Assembly (NCBI GenBank): GCA_963737905.1
Contig: CAVTUQ010000007.1
Span: 320,001 to 384,000, forward strand
Source: an uncultured delta proteobacterium
GTDB lineage: Bacteria > Desulfobacterota > Binatia > UBA9968
Length of the DNA stretch: 64,000 nt
Direction of reading: 5' to 3'
In this document: piece after piece, positions 41,853-51,115 of the stretch
Layout: the number at the start of each line of letters is the position of its first letter
How positions within the stretch are numbered: position 1 is the first letter of the stretch
Program-made: the position numbers and the translations under genes
The notes under the pieces: model-generated
Seen by the model: the letters and a program-made list of their open reading frames with translations, nothing else
Told to the model about the DNA's origin: nothing
Databases searched by the model: none

Positions 41853-42155
41853 ACACACCCCGTTCCGAGTGTTATTTATCACGCGGAACGAAGCGGTTTG
41901 TCAAATGAAGTTCTAGGACAAACGGAGATCAACGCCTCGGCCTAAACTCACAGGATTTGTGTGATGGAGAGAACGCAAATTGCCGATCTAAATATCCGTT
42001 TTTCACGACAATCAAACCACTCTCACTTAGCTCTGAGAATCGAAAAAATTCGGCGTAGCATTGAATTGTACGACGCCTCAGACAAAAATTTCACAAGATT
42101 TCTTCGTTGGAGAAGTCAGTTCCATTTAACACTACTCTGGATTAGATCCACCTAT

Positions 42156-42350
42156 TTACTGCTCCACAAAACCTTCACGCTCCATCGCCATTAGATGCTG
42201 ATTTAGCCTCTGTCTGTGTTGATCGAGCTCGTGGAGAATGACGGCGCACTCATGATCGAACCGCATATGGTCAAAAAGCATTCCGGAGAGAACCCCCACG
42301 CTGAAGAGATATACACCCACAATAACAGCGGTGAATCGACGGTTTTCCAT
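42156..42350 (-). CDS. Small membrane-anchored hypothetical protein
   Basis: 64 aa, one TM segment, purine-rich RBS. Confidence 0.55.
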   Translation of the reverse strand: MENRRFTAVIVGVYLFSVGVLSGMLFDHMRFDHECAVILHELDQHRQRLNQHLMAMEREGFVEQ

Positions 42351-42964
42351 TATGCTGCCACCCCTTTGAATATTTTAGCTGCATGTCTCTGTTTGAAGGA
42401 TCACAAGTTTTTGACTATTGCCTGTCTCGAGCGCAACGTACATGCCACGAATAGAAGCCCATAAAAATCACAACTTATGAGTGAAGGGTATTGTCAAGAA
42501 CCGTCGCAAACTTGCTACAGTCGGAGTATCAGATTTTGAGGCACTTCACGTCGAGAACGCGACGGGGACTTAGTTGAGTAGGAAGGCCAGAATCAGCCTG
42601 AGATTGGATTGGGCTGCGACATCGGTTGCACTCTGAGCGTCTGTTGATTCCTCTCTCCTCTTTGGTTCTTCCGCACTTCCGACCGTCCCGGCCGTATCGT
42701 GTCAATTCTTGTCGCAGGAGTGCGTACGCTCTTTGGGAGACGAGCTCGTTAAGAATCAAGCGGAACCGCATGAACTGGGCGGCTGGCACACAGCCTGCTC
42801 CATTCCAGATACGCGAGGTAATGCGGCGGCAGCCGCAGGCGATTGGGGGCACCCGGCTAGTGAAAGAGCTCGCCTCCCAGCACCGGCGGCGCGACGCTTG
42901 CGGTGGGAGAAGATGGACGCGCACATTTCAGGTAGGAATACTAACTTTCTGAAAGGAGCATAGT

Positions 42965-43393
42965 ATGTTGTATCTCACAAAACTCATTCGGTCACATGTA
43001 ATGACTCTTGCGGCGTGTGGTGCAGTCTTGGCTACCATGCCCGTTGAGGCTGCTTTTGCAAAAGCCACTGATCCGAGTACGTATCAAGATTCTTGTCAAG
43101 CCCTTGATGTTGCCGGAGCAACCCTGACGGCAGTGTGTCGGAGAAAAGATGGCTCATTAAACGCGAGAACCGCAATTCGGATTCGCGGCATCGACAATGT
43201 GAACGGCAAGTTGGCCTATTCTCGTAATCCCGCTGCCATTAGTACGTATCAAGATTCTTGCGAGAACACTGGCGTTATTGGAGCGACCCTGACAGCAAAG
43301 TGTCGGAAAAAAGATGGCTCATTTAACGAAAAAACCACAATTCTGATTCGCGGCATCGATAATTTGAATGGAAAGTTGACCTATTCGAAGTAG
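42965..43393 (+). CDS. Secreted cyanovirin-N homolog (CVNH)-like lectin
   Basis: AAGGAG RBS, signal peptide, two tandem STYQDSC...GATLTAxCRxKDGS...IRGIDNxNGKL repeats. Confidence 0.8.
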   Translation: MLYLTKLIRSHVMTLAACGAVLATMPVEAAFAKATDPSTYQDSCQALDVAGATLTAVCRRKDGSLNARTAIRIRGIDNVNGKLAYSRNPAAISTYQDSCENTGVIGATLTAKCRKKDGSFNEKTTILIRGIDNLNGKLTYSK

Positions 43394-43608
43394 CAACTCG
43401 AGTGCGTTCGAGGTAGTTGTTTGCGTCCATGAGGGTGGAATGAATCTTGGTCGTTACCCCCTCCCGGCGTGGTGAGATGAGGGCATTTCCCTCGCTTTTG
43501 GAGCCATTGGAATGATCCGCCGGGAGGGGGGAACGCGATGGTCTGACATCATGTTTCTACCAGTGTGTCCTGTGAGCTGTCTCTCACATGGAAGGAACCG
43601 CGTGAGCG

Positions 43609-43721
43609 ACGAATTGCGCATCGGTGCGAGGGTGATTACCTGGAAGAGATCTGCGATTTTTGGGAAGGGGTCTGCGAGCCGGTTCATCCACTACCTGATT
43701 TCAAGTTATGTAAACTTAGAC
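43609..43721 (+). repeat. Module copy M6 (deleted form) ending in XerD arm TTATGTAAACT (43706-43716)
   Basis: Matches M3/M5 junction and M1 3' end. Confidence 0.9.
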
Positions 43722-43727
43722 AAAGCG

Positions 43728-43761
43728 CCTATGACTGGCACCGATTATCAGACGTTACGCT
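43728..43761 (-). other. attR-like site: intact XerC arm, degenerate XerD arm
   Basis: TTATCAGACGTTACGCT identical to 18255-18271. Confidence 0.7.
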
Positions 43762-43767
43762 TACGTC

Positions 43768-44463
43768 TCACTTTCCGACCGGCTGGGCGGCGAGCTTCGA
43801 TTCCAGCTCGCCTATTTGAAACCTGACATAGTTTGCGGACGGCGATTCGGCTTGGTCTTTTAGCAGCTGTCGATAAGCCGCGATGCCTCCCGTGACATCT
43901 CCCATTTGAACGGCACAACGCGCCTCGCCAAGAATGGCCCTGTCGCTGAACGCGCCTTTTATCTTTGCGGCTTCTTCGTAGTTTTTAATCGCTTCTTTAC
44001 ACTGCGATTGCCGCTCTTCGATGTCGGCTAACGTCAATAGGCCGATCTGGCGCATCAAGGAGTTTTGATCCGTGCCGGTTATAAATCGCTGTGCCGCAGT
44101 CGCTGCCTTGGTGAGATCGTTCAGGGCAAGGTAGCTATTCGCCTCGTAGAGATGAGCCAGATTAGCGTACCGCGACCATCGCTGGGCTTGAACCTTTTCC
44201 AGGCCCGCAATAGCTTCGCGATATTTTTCCGCATGATACTGAGCCATGGCCTGGCCGAACTCCTGCGCGGCGATTGAGTCCTGGCGCCCTTTGAAAACTG
44301 CCCAGCCCCAGATCCCGAGAAGTATCAAGATGGCGGCCGCGATCCCCAGGTAAACCGCGACACGCCGCCTCTGGTAGAACTCCAGGGCGTCTTCGGTAAC
44401 GGTTTGAAACCAATCCGGTTGCCGGAGCTCCTTGCGAGTAATTCGCCTACTAGTGGTCGCCAT
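43768..44463 (-). CDS. Membrane-anchored TPR protein (YfgM-like)
   Basis: TRKELRQPD N-terminus, one TM, TPR helices. Confidence 0.8.
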   Translation of the reverse strand: MATTSRRITRKELRQPDWFQTVTEDALEFYQRRRVAVYLGIAAAILILLGIWGWAVFKGRQDSIAAQEFGQAMAQYHAEKYREAIAGLEKVQAQRWSRYANLAHLYEANSYLALNDLTKAATAAQRFITGTDQNSLMRQIGLLTLADIEERQSQCKEAIKNYEEAAKIKGAFSDRAILGEARCAVQMGDVTGGIAAYRQLLKDQAESPSANYVRFQIGELESKLAAQPVGK

Positions 44464-44532
44464 TACGTTTTGAGAGACCGCGAAATGTGCCGAACCTGGA
44501 AACAGCCGGAGAAATATTCGCGCGGTGAGAAA

Positions 44533-45060
44533 CTATTGCTTATACTTGAAGTCTTCCGGGGCCATCTTTTCAAGAATCTCGGCCCATTTTTCCTTGGAAA
44601 CGTTGGAGACATTCTCCACGGCGGCTTCTTTGGCCTCTTCGCTTTGCTGCAAGACGCTAGAGGCCTCCAACACCGCCTTGGCAACATAGATCGGGGCCTT
44701 GGTCCGCAAAGCCAGCGCGATGGCATCGCTGGGGCGCGAATCGACGACCAGCTCTCGTCCTCCGATGTTGATGTGAACCAGAGCGTAATAGGTGTTTTCC
44801 TTTAGTTCCGTAATCTCCACCGACTCAACGGCACAGCCTACTTCGCCAAGAATATTCTTGAGCAAGTCGTGAGTCATCGGTCGGGCCATCTTGATGCCTT
44901 CAATTTCGGTCGCCATGGCTGTGGCTTCCAGAAGGCCGATCCAGATCGGCAGGTTAAGCTTATTGTCTGTGTCCTTGAGGATGACGATCGGTGTCTTGGT
45001 TACCGGGTCGAGGGTTAAGCCTCCGACGGCCATCTGAATCGTATCTTCCCGTTTGGTCAT
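44533..45060 (-). CDS. Bifunctional nuclease family protein (DUF151)
   Basis: LPIWIG, RPMTHDL, DSRPSDAIALA. Confidence 0.95.
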   Translation of the reverse strand: MTKREDTIQMAVGGLTLDPVTKTPIVILKDTDNKLNLPIWIGLLEATAMATEIEGIKMARPMTHDLLKNILGEVGCAVESVEITELKENTYYALVHINIGGRELVVDSRPSDAIALALRTKAPIYVAKAVLEASSVLQQSEEAKEAAVENVSNVSKEKWAEILEKMAPEDFKYKQ

Positions 45061-46421
45061 GCCATTTCTCCTTCTGACCGGAAGTCAGAAATATTTTCTG
45101 TTGTCAGCTCTTCCCCGATTAGCGAATTGGCAGTCGCCCCAATAATCCGAACGGGTATCAAAGATCCCACCAGAGTCTCGTCTCCCGCTAAATTTACAAT
45201 TCGATTGGCCCGCGTACGGCCCATCATCTGTCCGTTCTTGAGCCTCGATTTTCCGTCCACCAAAATTTTCTCCACGTTGCCAATGCTCTCGCGGTTCTTC
45301 TTCAAGGATATTTCCTTTTGCAAACTTTGCACTTGCTGCAGCCGTGCTTTCTTGATTTCGTCACCAATATCGTCGTCATAAATTTTTGCCGACACCGTTT
45401 GCAGTCGCGGCGAATACACGAACGAGTAAATTTCATCATACTCCACTTGTCTGAGCATTTCTAGAGTATCGGCAAATTCCGCGTCGGTTTCGCCGGGAAA
45501 ACCGACAATAATATCCGTGCTAAGCGCAACGTCTGGACAGCGCTGCCGCAGGCGATCAATCCGGGCGAGATATTCGTTGCGCGTGTAACCGCGGCGCATT
45601 CGAAACAAGACCGAATCCGCGCCCGACTGTACCGGCAAATGGAGATGTTCGCAGAGTTTGTCCAGAGTGGCGAACGCTTCGATCAGTTCCGGCGAAAGAT
45701 CCTGGGGATGCGACGTCGTGAAACGGATCCGCTGCAGGCCGTCAATCCCGTTGACTCGGCTGAGAAGCTCGGCAAAACTGATTTCGCCGGGCGATGTCTT
45801 GCCGTAGGAATTGACATTTTGCCCCAACAGCATGACTTCCTTTACTCCTTGGCGGATCAATGATTCAATCTCGTCAACGATCTTCCCGCTTGGCCGGCTT
45901 ACTTCGCGGCCACGAACGTAGGGCACGATGCAGAAGCTACAGACTTTATTGCATCCCTGCATGATCGTGACGAAGGCTTTGGCGCCCCGCACGTCTGGTC
46001 GGTTCTGCGGATCTTCCATGTAGGACGGCTCGCGATAGAAAGCGGTTTCCACCGGGCGGGTGCGCGACACTTGAACCTGTTCGACCATCTGCGGGAGTTT
46101 GTGAATGTTGTGGGTGCCGAAAACAAGATCCAGGTGGGGCAAGCGTTTTAGCAGCTTCGCACCCTCTTGCTGCGCAACGCAACCACCCACGCCGATAACG
46201 ACGCCTTCCCGCTGTTCTTTTAGTTCCTTCCATCTCCCCAGCGCGCTGTAGACTTTTTGTTCCGCTCTATCGCGTACGCTGCAGGTGTTAAGAATAACCA
46301 AATCCGCCGTCTCGATGCGATCTGTCCGCTCGTAATCCATAGGGCCCATGACCTGCGCGATGCGCTCGGAGTCGTACTGGTTCATCTGACAACCGTGGGT
46401 CTGCAGATAAAGCTTCTTCAT
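45057..46421 (-). CDS. miaB: tRNA-i6A37 methylthiotransferase
   Basis: THGCQMN, CNKVCSFC radical SAM motif, TRAM domain. Confidence 0.95.
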   Translation of the reverse strand: MKKLYLQTHGCQMNQYDSERIAQVMGPMDYERTDRIETADLVILNTCSVRDRAEQKVYSALGRWKELKEQREGVVIGVGGCVAQQEGAKLLKRLPHLDLVFGTHNIHKLPQMVEQVQVSRTRPVETAFYREPSYMEDPQNRPDVRGAKAFVTIMQGCNKVCSFCIVPYVRGREVSRPSGKIVDEIESLIRQGVKEVMLLGQNVNSYGKTSPGEISFAELLSRVNGIDGLQRIRFTTSHPQDLSPELIEAFATLDKLCEHLHLPVQSGADSVLFRMRRGYTRNEYLARIDRLRQRCPDVALSTDIIVGFPGETDAEFADTLEMLRQVEYDEIYSFVYSPRLQTVSAKIYDDDIGDEIKKARLQQVQSLQKEISLKKNRESIGNVEKILVDGKSRLKNGQMMGRTRANRIVNLAGDETLVGSLIPVRIIGATANSLIGEELTTENISDFRSEGEMA

Positions 46422-47824
46422 GGCGCGATCAGATCGACGACTTTATAAAGCTGATTGATGTTACGACATTCCTCGGCGACATCACAATAAGGCGAGTACC
46501 GCGGCATTTCGCTGTCTCCCACGCCCCATGTCATGCGGCTCTCGGGGTTCAGCCAAATCAGTTGTTTCGCCTTCTGCTGTATCTCCCGCAACACCCACTC
46601 GTTGGGACGGTTGTAGTTGTTTCGGCCATCACCGATGATCAGTACGGTGGTCCTGCTCGTGACGGCGGCGAAATGGTTTTTAAAAAACAACTCGAATGCG
46701 CGACCGAAATTGGAATGCGAAAAGACATCGATGACTTCGCCTTTGAGTGCCGTCTCCACGGCGCGATGGATCTCGTACTCCTCGAAGAGTTTGGTGACCT
46801 CGCCGATATCGCTGACAAAAACAAAACTCCGAACTTTGGTGTACAAGTCCTGCACCGAATAGACGAACTGCAGCATAAAGCGAGAGGCGTTCAACACCGA
46901 GTCCGAGATGTCGCACAGGATCATCACTTGCGGTTTGGTCTTCTTGCGCCGGTCCAGCTCGATGTGAAACGGCACCCCGCCGTATTGCATGTTGGTGCGA
47001 AGGGTTGCTTTAACGTTGAAGCGCCCGCGGGCGGCCTTTTTACGGCGCACGGACAGCCGATTTTTTAGCCGCTGCGCCAGGCGCGCCACGGCTTCGTTCA
47101 TCCGCCTTATGTCATCCTCGGTGTAAAAGGAAAAACTCTTGTCGGCGAACGAGCTGCGCTGGCTGTAATCGGTTGGCTCGACGCCGCGTTTTCTTTGCTC
47201 CTGTTGAATAACTTCCCTCAGCAGACGGTTGAGGTCGCGCATCCGTTCATCCAGGTAGCGCATTACGTTTTGTAAATTTTCGCCGCCCTCGGCCAGCATT
47301 TGAAGCATGGCCTTGAAGCCTTCCACCTCGGTGCGCACGCGATCGAGTTGCAGCCGGCCGGCCATCCTTGTGTAGGGCGTCAGGCGAAAACTGTCGAGGG
47401 AGGCGGCTTCGGCTTCCTGGCTCGCGGCCTCTCGCAGCAGACGTTCCAATTCGCCCCGGTTTCCGGTGAGCAGCGCTCGAGTGAGCGGAGACAGCTCCCC
47501 TTCCATCTCCTTCAAGAGTCGCTGAATCTGTTCAAGCATTTGCTGGAACTGCTGTGGAGTGAGCCCCAGCTCTTCCATGATCCGTCTGTCCAGGGCATCG
47601 ATGGCTTCCCCGATGCCGAGGAAGAAAAAGTTAAACAGCTCTTCGAAAGGCTTAATATCGCTCGCCCGCTTAACCAGAGTCGACCGCAGAGCGTTGCGAA
47701 ACAAGTGCGGGTCTCCGATACCGACAAGGCCGAGAGCCCGGAAAGCATCCATGTTCTCAGACAGCGATACACGGACGCCGTTGCGGCGCAGGACGTTCGC
47801 GAATTCGACAATGCGATCTTTCAT
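46418..47824 (-). CDS. CoxE-like VWA domain protein
   Basis: CDISDS MIDAS-like, GDGRNN, WLNPE. Confidence 0.85.
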   Translation of the reverse strand: MKDRIVEFANVLRRNGVRVSLSENMDAFRALGLVGIGDPHLFRNALRSTLVKRASDIKPFEELFNFFFLGIGEAIDALDRRIMEELGLTPQQFQQMLEQIQRLLKEMEGELSPLTRALLTGNRGELERLLREAASQEAEAASLDSFRLTPYTRMAGRLQLDRVRTEVEGFKAMLQMLAEGGENLQNVMRYLDERMRDLNRLLREVIQQEQRKRGVEPTDYSQRSSFADKSFSFYTEDDIRRMNEAVARLAQRLKNRLSVRRKKAARGRFNVKATLRTNMQYGGVPFHIELDRRKKTKPQVMILCDISDSVLNASRFMLQFVYSVQDLYTKVRSFVFVSDIGEVTKLFEEYEIHRAVETALKGEVIDVFSHSNFGRAFELFFKNHFAAVTSRTTVLIIGDGRNNYNRPNEWVLREIQQKAKQLIWLNPESRMTWGVGDSEMPRYSPYCDVAEECRNINQLYKVVDLIAP

Positions 47825-47848
47825 CTGTGAAACCGCGGTCTCGGAGTC

Positions 47849-48811
47849 TTAGTGCAAGTGATCTTTGTCACTGTCGCCCGCGCTCGGTCCCTGGCGGGCT
47901 TTCCGCTCGGCAAGATAGGCTTTGAGTTCCTGGTGGGCTTTGCGAATATCGGCTTCGTACTTCATGAGCGTCGAAAGAGTTTGCTCAACGAGCTCGTTAT
48001 CCAACTGTTTGATATTGAGCAAAGTCAGGGCCTTTACCCAGTCGAGGGTTTCACTGATACTGGGTGTTTTCTTCAAGTCAAGTTTGCGCACTCGGTGCAG
48101 AAGCTGAACGACTTCCCGGGCGATTTGATCCCCGACGTCTGGCACCTTCAACTTGATGATTTCCATTTCTCTCTCGGAGTCCGGAAAATCCAAATAGAGA
48201 TGAAGGCAACGCCGCTTCAATGCATCGGACATTTCGCGGCTGTTGTTGCTGGTCAACACGACCAGTGGGATGTGCTTCGCCTTCAACGTGCCAATTTCAG
48301 GAACGGTGATCTGAAAGTCGCTGAGGACTTCCAACAAAAAGGCTTCGAACTCGGCGTCGGACTTGTCCACTTCGTCAATCAATAGAACCGACGGCTGGTC
48401 CGCAAGGAGCGCCTTTAACAGAGGTCGCGGCAATAAGAACCTATCGGAAAAAAAAACCCCATCCTGGTTGGCTATGCACTCGATCGCTTCTTGCAAGGTT
48501 TGGGTGCCCTGAAGAACTTCGCCGATTTTATCCTTGAGGATCTGCGTGTAAAGCAGTTGCTTGGCGTACTCCCACTCGTAGAGCGACTTGGCTTCGTCGA
48601 GCCCTTCGTAGCATTGGAGCCTGATCAAATCCATCCCCAGGGCGCCCGCCAACACCTTGCCCAGTTCGGTCTTACCGACGCCGGCCGGTCCCTCAACCAG
48701 AATCGGCTTTTGCAGTTGGGTTCCGAGGTAGACCACCGTGGCGACATTTTTGTTGCAAATGTAACTTTGGCTCCCCAGGCCCGTGACAACATCATCCACT
48801 GACTGAAACAT
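47849..48811 (-). CDS. MoxR/CoxD-like AAA+ ATPase
   Basis: GPAGVGKT, RLQCYEG, LIDEVDK. Confidence 0.9.
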   Translation of the reverse strand: MFQSVDDVVTGLGSQSYICNKNVATVVYLGTQLQKPILVEGPAGVGKTELGKVLAGALGMDLIRLQCYEGLDEAKSLYEWEYAKQLLYTQILKDKIGEVLQGTQTLQEAIECIANQDGVFFSDRFLLPRPLLKALLADQPSVLLIDEVDKSDAEFEAFLLEVLSDFQITVPEIGTLKAKHIPLVVLTSNNSREMSDALKRRCLHLYLDFPDSEREMEIIKLKVPDVGDQIAREVVQLLHRVRKLDLKKTPSISETLDWVKALTLLNIKQLDNELVEQTLSTLMKYEADIRKAHQELKAYLAERKARQGPSAGDSDKDHLH

Positions 48812-48917
48812 GGTCGCCCTTTCCAAGAATTTGAAACTAACATAAACAACCATCGACGACAATCAGCAGTTGGAAAGCATGTTTGCAGAACCTCTGAGCT
48901 TTCGGTAAACGATAGAT

Positions 48918-49682
48918 GTGTGCACGTTAGCGCTTTACTTTCGCATGGTTGACCGCTACCCGGTGATCGTCGCCGCGAACCGCGATGAGCATTATGACCG
49001 CCCTTCTGCGCCGCCCGCCCTATGGTCTACGGAACCCGAGATTCTTGCCGGGAAGGATCTCCTGGCGGGCGGTACCTGGCTTGGAGTCAATGAGCATGGG
49101 CTACTGGTGGGTATTCTCAATCGCCGGTCGAACGGCGAGCCGGATTCACACACCCAGACGCGTTCTCGTGGTCTTCTCTGTCTGGATCTCTTGAGACTCA
49201 AATCCGCCGCGGACGCCCATGCGTTCATGAACCGGCACGAACAAGCCTATCAACCGTTTACCGTTGTTTTTGTCGATCCGAAGGAGGCATGGATCGCGTA
49301 TAACATACGGCGACAGATCAAGACCCATAAGCTCGAAAAAGGATTGCACGTCTACAGCAGCGCGGCCGATCTCTCTGTGCGATCTGAAAAAGTCGATCGG
49401 GCCCACATGCAGTTCTCTCGAGTATTCGATGAGTTGGGATCGACGTGCAGCGACAAATCGGTGTGGGTGCGTTCTTTGCGCACGATCCTCGGCGATCACG
49501 CCTTGGGTAACGGTTCCAAAGAGCCGAGGGACGCTATTTGTGTTCATGGAGACGTTGCCGGCACCGTCTCTTCCACGATTATCTTTCACGATCAATCCGA
49601 ACGGTGCCTTTACACTTTTAACTGCCCCGGGCCTCCTTGCCAGGAATGCTTCGCCGAAGCCCTCAAGCTCAATGTCCGATGA
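48918..49682 (+). CDS. NRDE/TANGO2 family protein
   Basis: CTL...AANRDE, GGTWLG. Confidence 0.9.
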   Translation: MCTLALYFRMVDRYPVIVAANRDEHYDRPSAPPALWSTEPEILAGKDLLAGGTWLGVNEHGLLVGILNRRSNGEPDSHTQTRSRGLLCLDLLRLKSAADAHAFMNRHEQAYQPFTVVFVDPKEAWIAYNIRRQIKTHKLEKGLHVYSSAADLSVRSEKVDRAHMQFSRVFDELGSTCSDKSVWVRSLRTILGDHALGNGSKEPRDAICVHGDVAGTVSSTIIFHDQSERCLYTFNCPGPPCQECFAEALKLNVR

Positions 49683-50425
49683 GTGGACCGCAGAAATCGA
49701 GACAGGCAGCCACCGTCATTCTGCTCCGCCCCGCCGAGGCGAATGGTTTTGAAGTATTTCTCACCCGCCGCCCGGACGCAATGGCGTTTCTCGGCGGGAT
49801 GTACTGCTTCCCGGGTGGCGCCATGCAAAAAGACGATTGCTCTCCGGAGATGCTGCGGCTTTGCCATGGTTTGTCACCCGTCGATGCGCGGAAAATCGTT
49901 GGCGCTCAATTTTCGCCGCCAGAAGCACTGGGGCTCTGGATTGCCGGTATTCGAGAGCTCTTCGAGGAGGTGGGAATTTTGCTGGCCGTCAACAAGCTGG
50001 GCCAACCTGTAGACCAGGATCGTAGAAACAGTCTAGCTGAGAAGCATGCCGCTTTGCTTGAAAATACCATTCGCTTCCGATCTCTGCTTGAAAGCGAAGA
50101 CCTGCTGTGTAACGCACTAGGTCTCGCTTATTTCTCTCACTGGCAAACTCCGGAAGAAGTTTCGACTCGTTTCGATACGCGGTTCTTTCTTGCCGCCTTA
50201 CCAAAAGATCAGACTCCCCTGGCAACCTCGCCTGAAGTTGTCCATAGCCTTTGGCTTACACCCGATCGCGCCCTGGAGCTTTTCGCCCAGGATAAACTGC
50301 CGATGATTTTTCCAACCTTTGCCTCGCTTCGAACTCTGGCTGACTTCGAGTCGCTGGAGAGCCTATGGAGAGAATACGGGCGAAATTTGACCGCGGCATC
50401 AAAGAAGGCCTCAAAGGGTCGCTGA
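49679..50425 (+). CDS. NUDIX hydrolase
   Basis: FPGG, RELFEEVG, RFDTRFF. Confidence 0.9.
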   Translation: MSGPQKSRQAATVILLRPAEANGFEVFLTRRPDAMAFLGGMYCFPGGAMQKDDCSPEMLRLCHGLSPVDARKIVGAQFSPPEALGLWIAGIRELFEEVGILLAVNKLGQPVDQDRRNSLAEKHAALLENTIRFRSLLESEDLLCNALGLAYFSHWQTPEEVSTRFDTRFFLAALPKDQTPLATSPEVVHSLWLTPDRALELFAQDKLPMIFPTFASLRTLADFESLESLWREYGRNLTAASKKASKGR

Positions 50426-50437
50426 CAGGCCGTGTCC

Positions 50438-51115
50438 TTAGCCCTTCTGGTCGAGCGCTTTGCGCAACATTTCCATTTGGTTGTTCAAATGACGGACCAT
50501 CGTGCTCTCGGCGAGCTGTGGATTTTTTTTGAGGAAGGCGTCCATGATCTGATCATGCTCGCGCATGGAATAGTCGAGCCGTTGCGGTAAATGGAGCGAG
50601 AGAATTCGCGTCTTTTGAATCTCTTGGCGCAACTGATCGACGAGCCGGTAAAGGCGTTCGTTGCGGGCTATTTCAGCAATGAAGCGATGAAAGCTGCTGT
50701 TGGCGTCAAAATAGCGCCTCAGGTCCCGTTTTTGACAGGCTTCTTTGAGAAGCTGGTGCAGTTCTCGCAAATGGGCGATCTCTTCCGGTTGCGCGTTCTC
50801 GACCGCTAGCCGCGCCGCCAGTCCTTCGAGCACGCTGGCGATGGTGTAGTAGTCTTGAACGTCCTCGCGGGTGGGCTTGCTGACCGCCACTTCATTATTG
50901 GGCAGAAATGTCACGTAGCCCTCCGTCTCAAGCAGCCGCAGAGCTTCCCGCAGCGCTACTCGGCCGACATGCAGCGAGGCGCTCAAGGTTTCCTCCGAGA
51001 GTCTTTCTCCCGGAGCGAATTTGCCGCCGACGATCGCCTCCCGGAGCTTTTCGGTCAGGAGCTTGGTCAGGGACTTGAATTTTTTTTCCGCTCGACTTGC
51101 GCCGCCACCGATCAT
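50438..51115 (-). CDS. GntR/FadR family regulator
   Basis: PGERL...REALRLLETEG, FCD domain. Confidence 0.9.
   Translation of the reverse strand: MIGGGASRAEKKFKSLTKLLTEKLREAIVGGKFAPGERLSEETLSASLHVGRVALREALRLLETEGYVTFLPNNEVAVSKPTREDVQDYYTIASVLEGLAARLAVENAQPEEIAHLRELHQLLKEACQKRDLRRYFDANSSFHRFIAEIARNERLYRLVDQLRQEIQKTRILSLHLPQRLDYSMREHDQIMDAFLKKNPQLAESTMVRHLNNQMEMLRKALDQKG

Larger units (their letters stand above)
18255..43761. mobile_element. dif-anchored genomic island bounded by 17-bp direct repeat TTATCAGACGTTACGCT
   Basis: Exact repeat at 18255-18271 and 43745-43761; mosaic cargo, repeats and pseudogenes inside, contiguous operons outside. Confidence 0.75.

Noticed and set aside
20445-43703. 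CRISPR array interpretation of the 72-bp repeat
   Set aside because: Repeats too long, spacing 2-10 kb, no cas genes
18255-43761. Intact prophage or complete integron
   Set aside because: No integrase, terminase, capsid, Zot or rep gene recognisable
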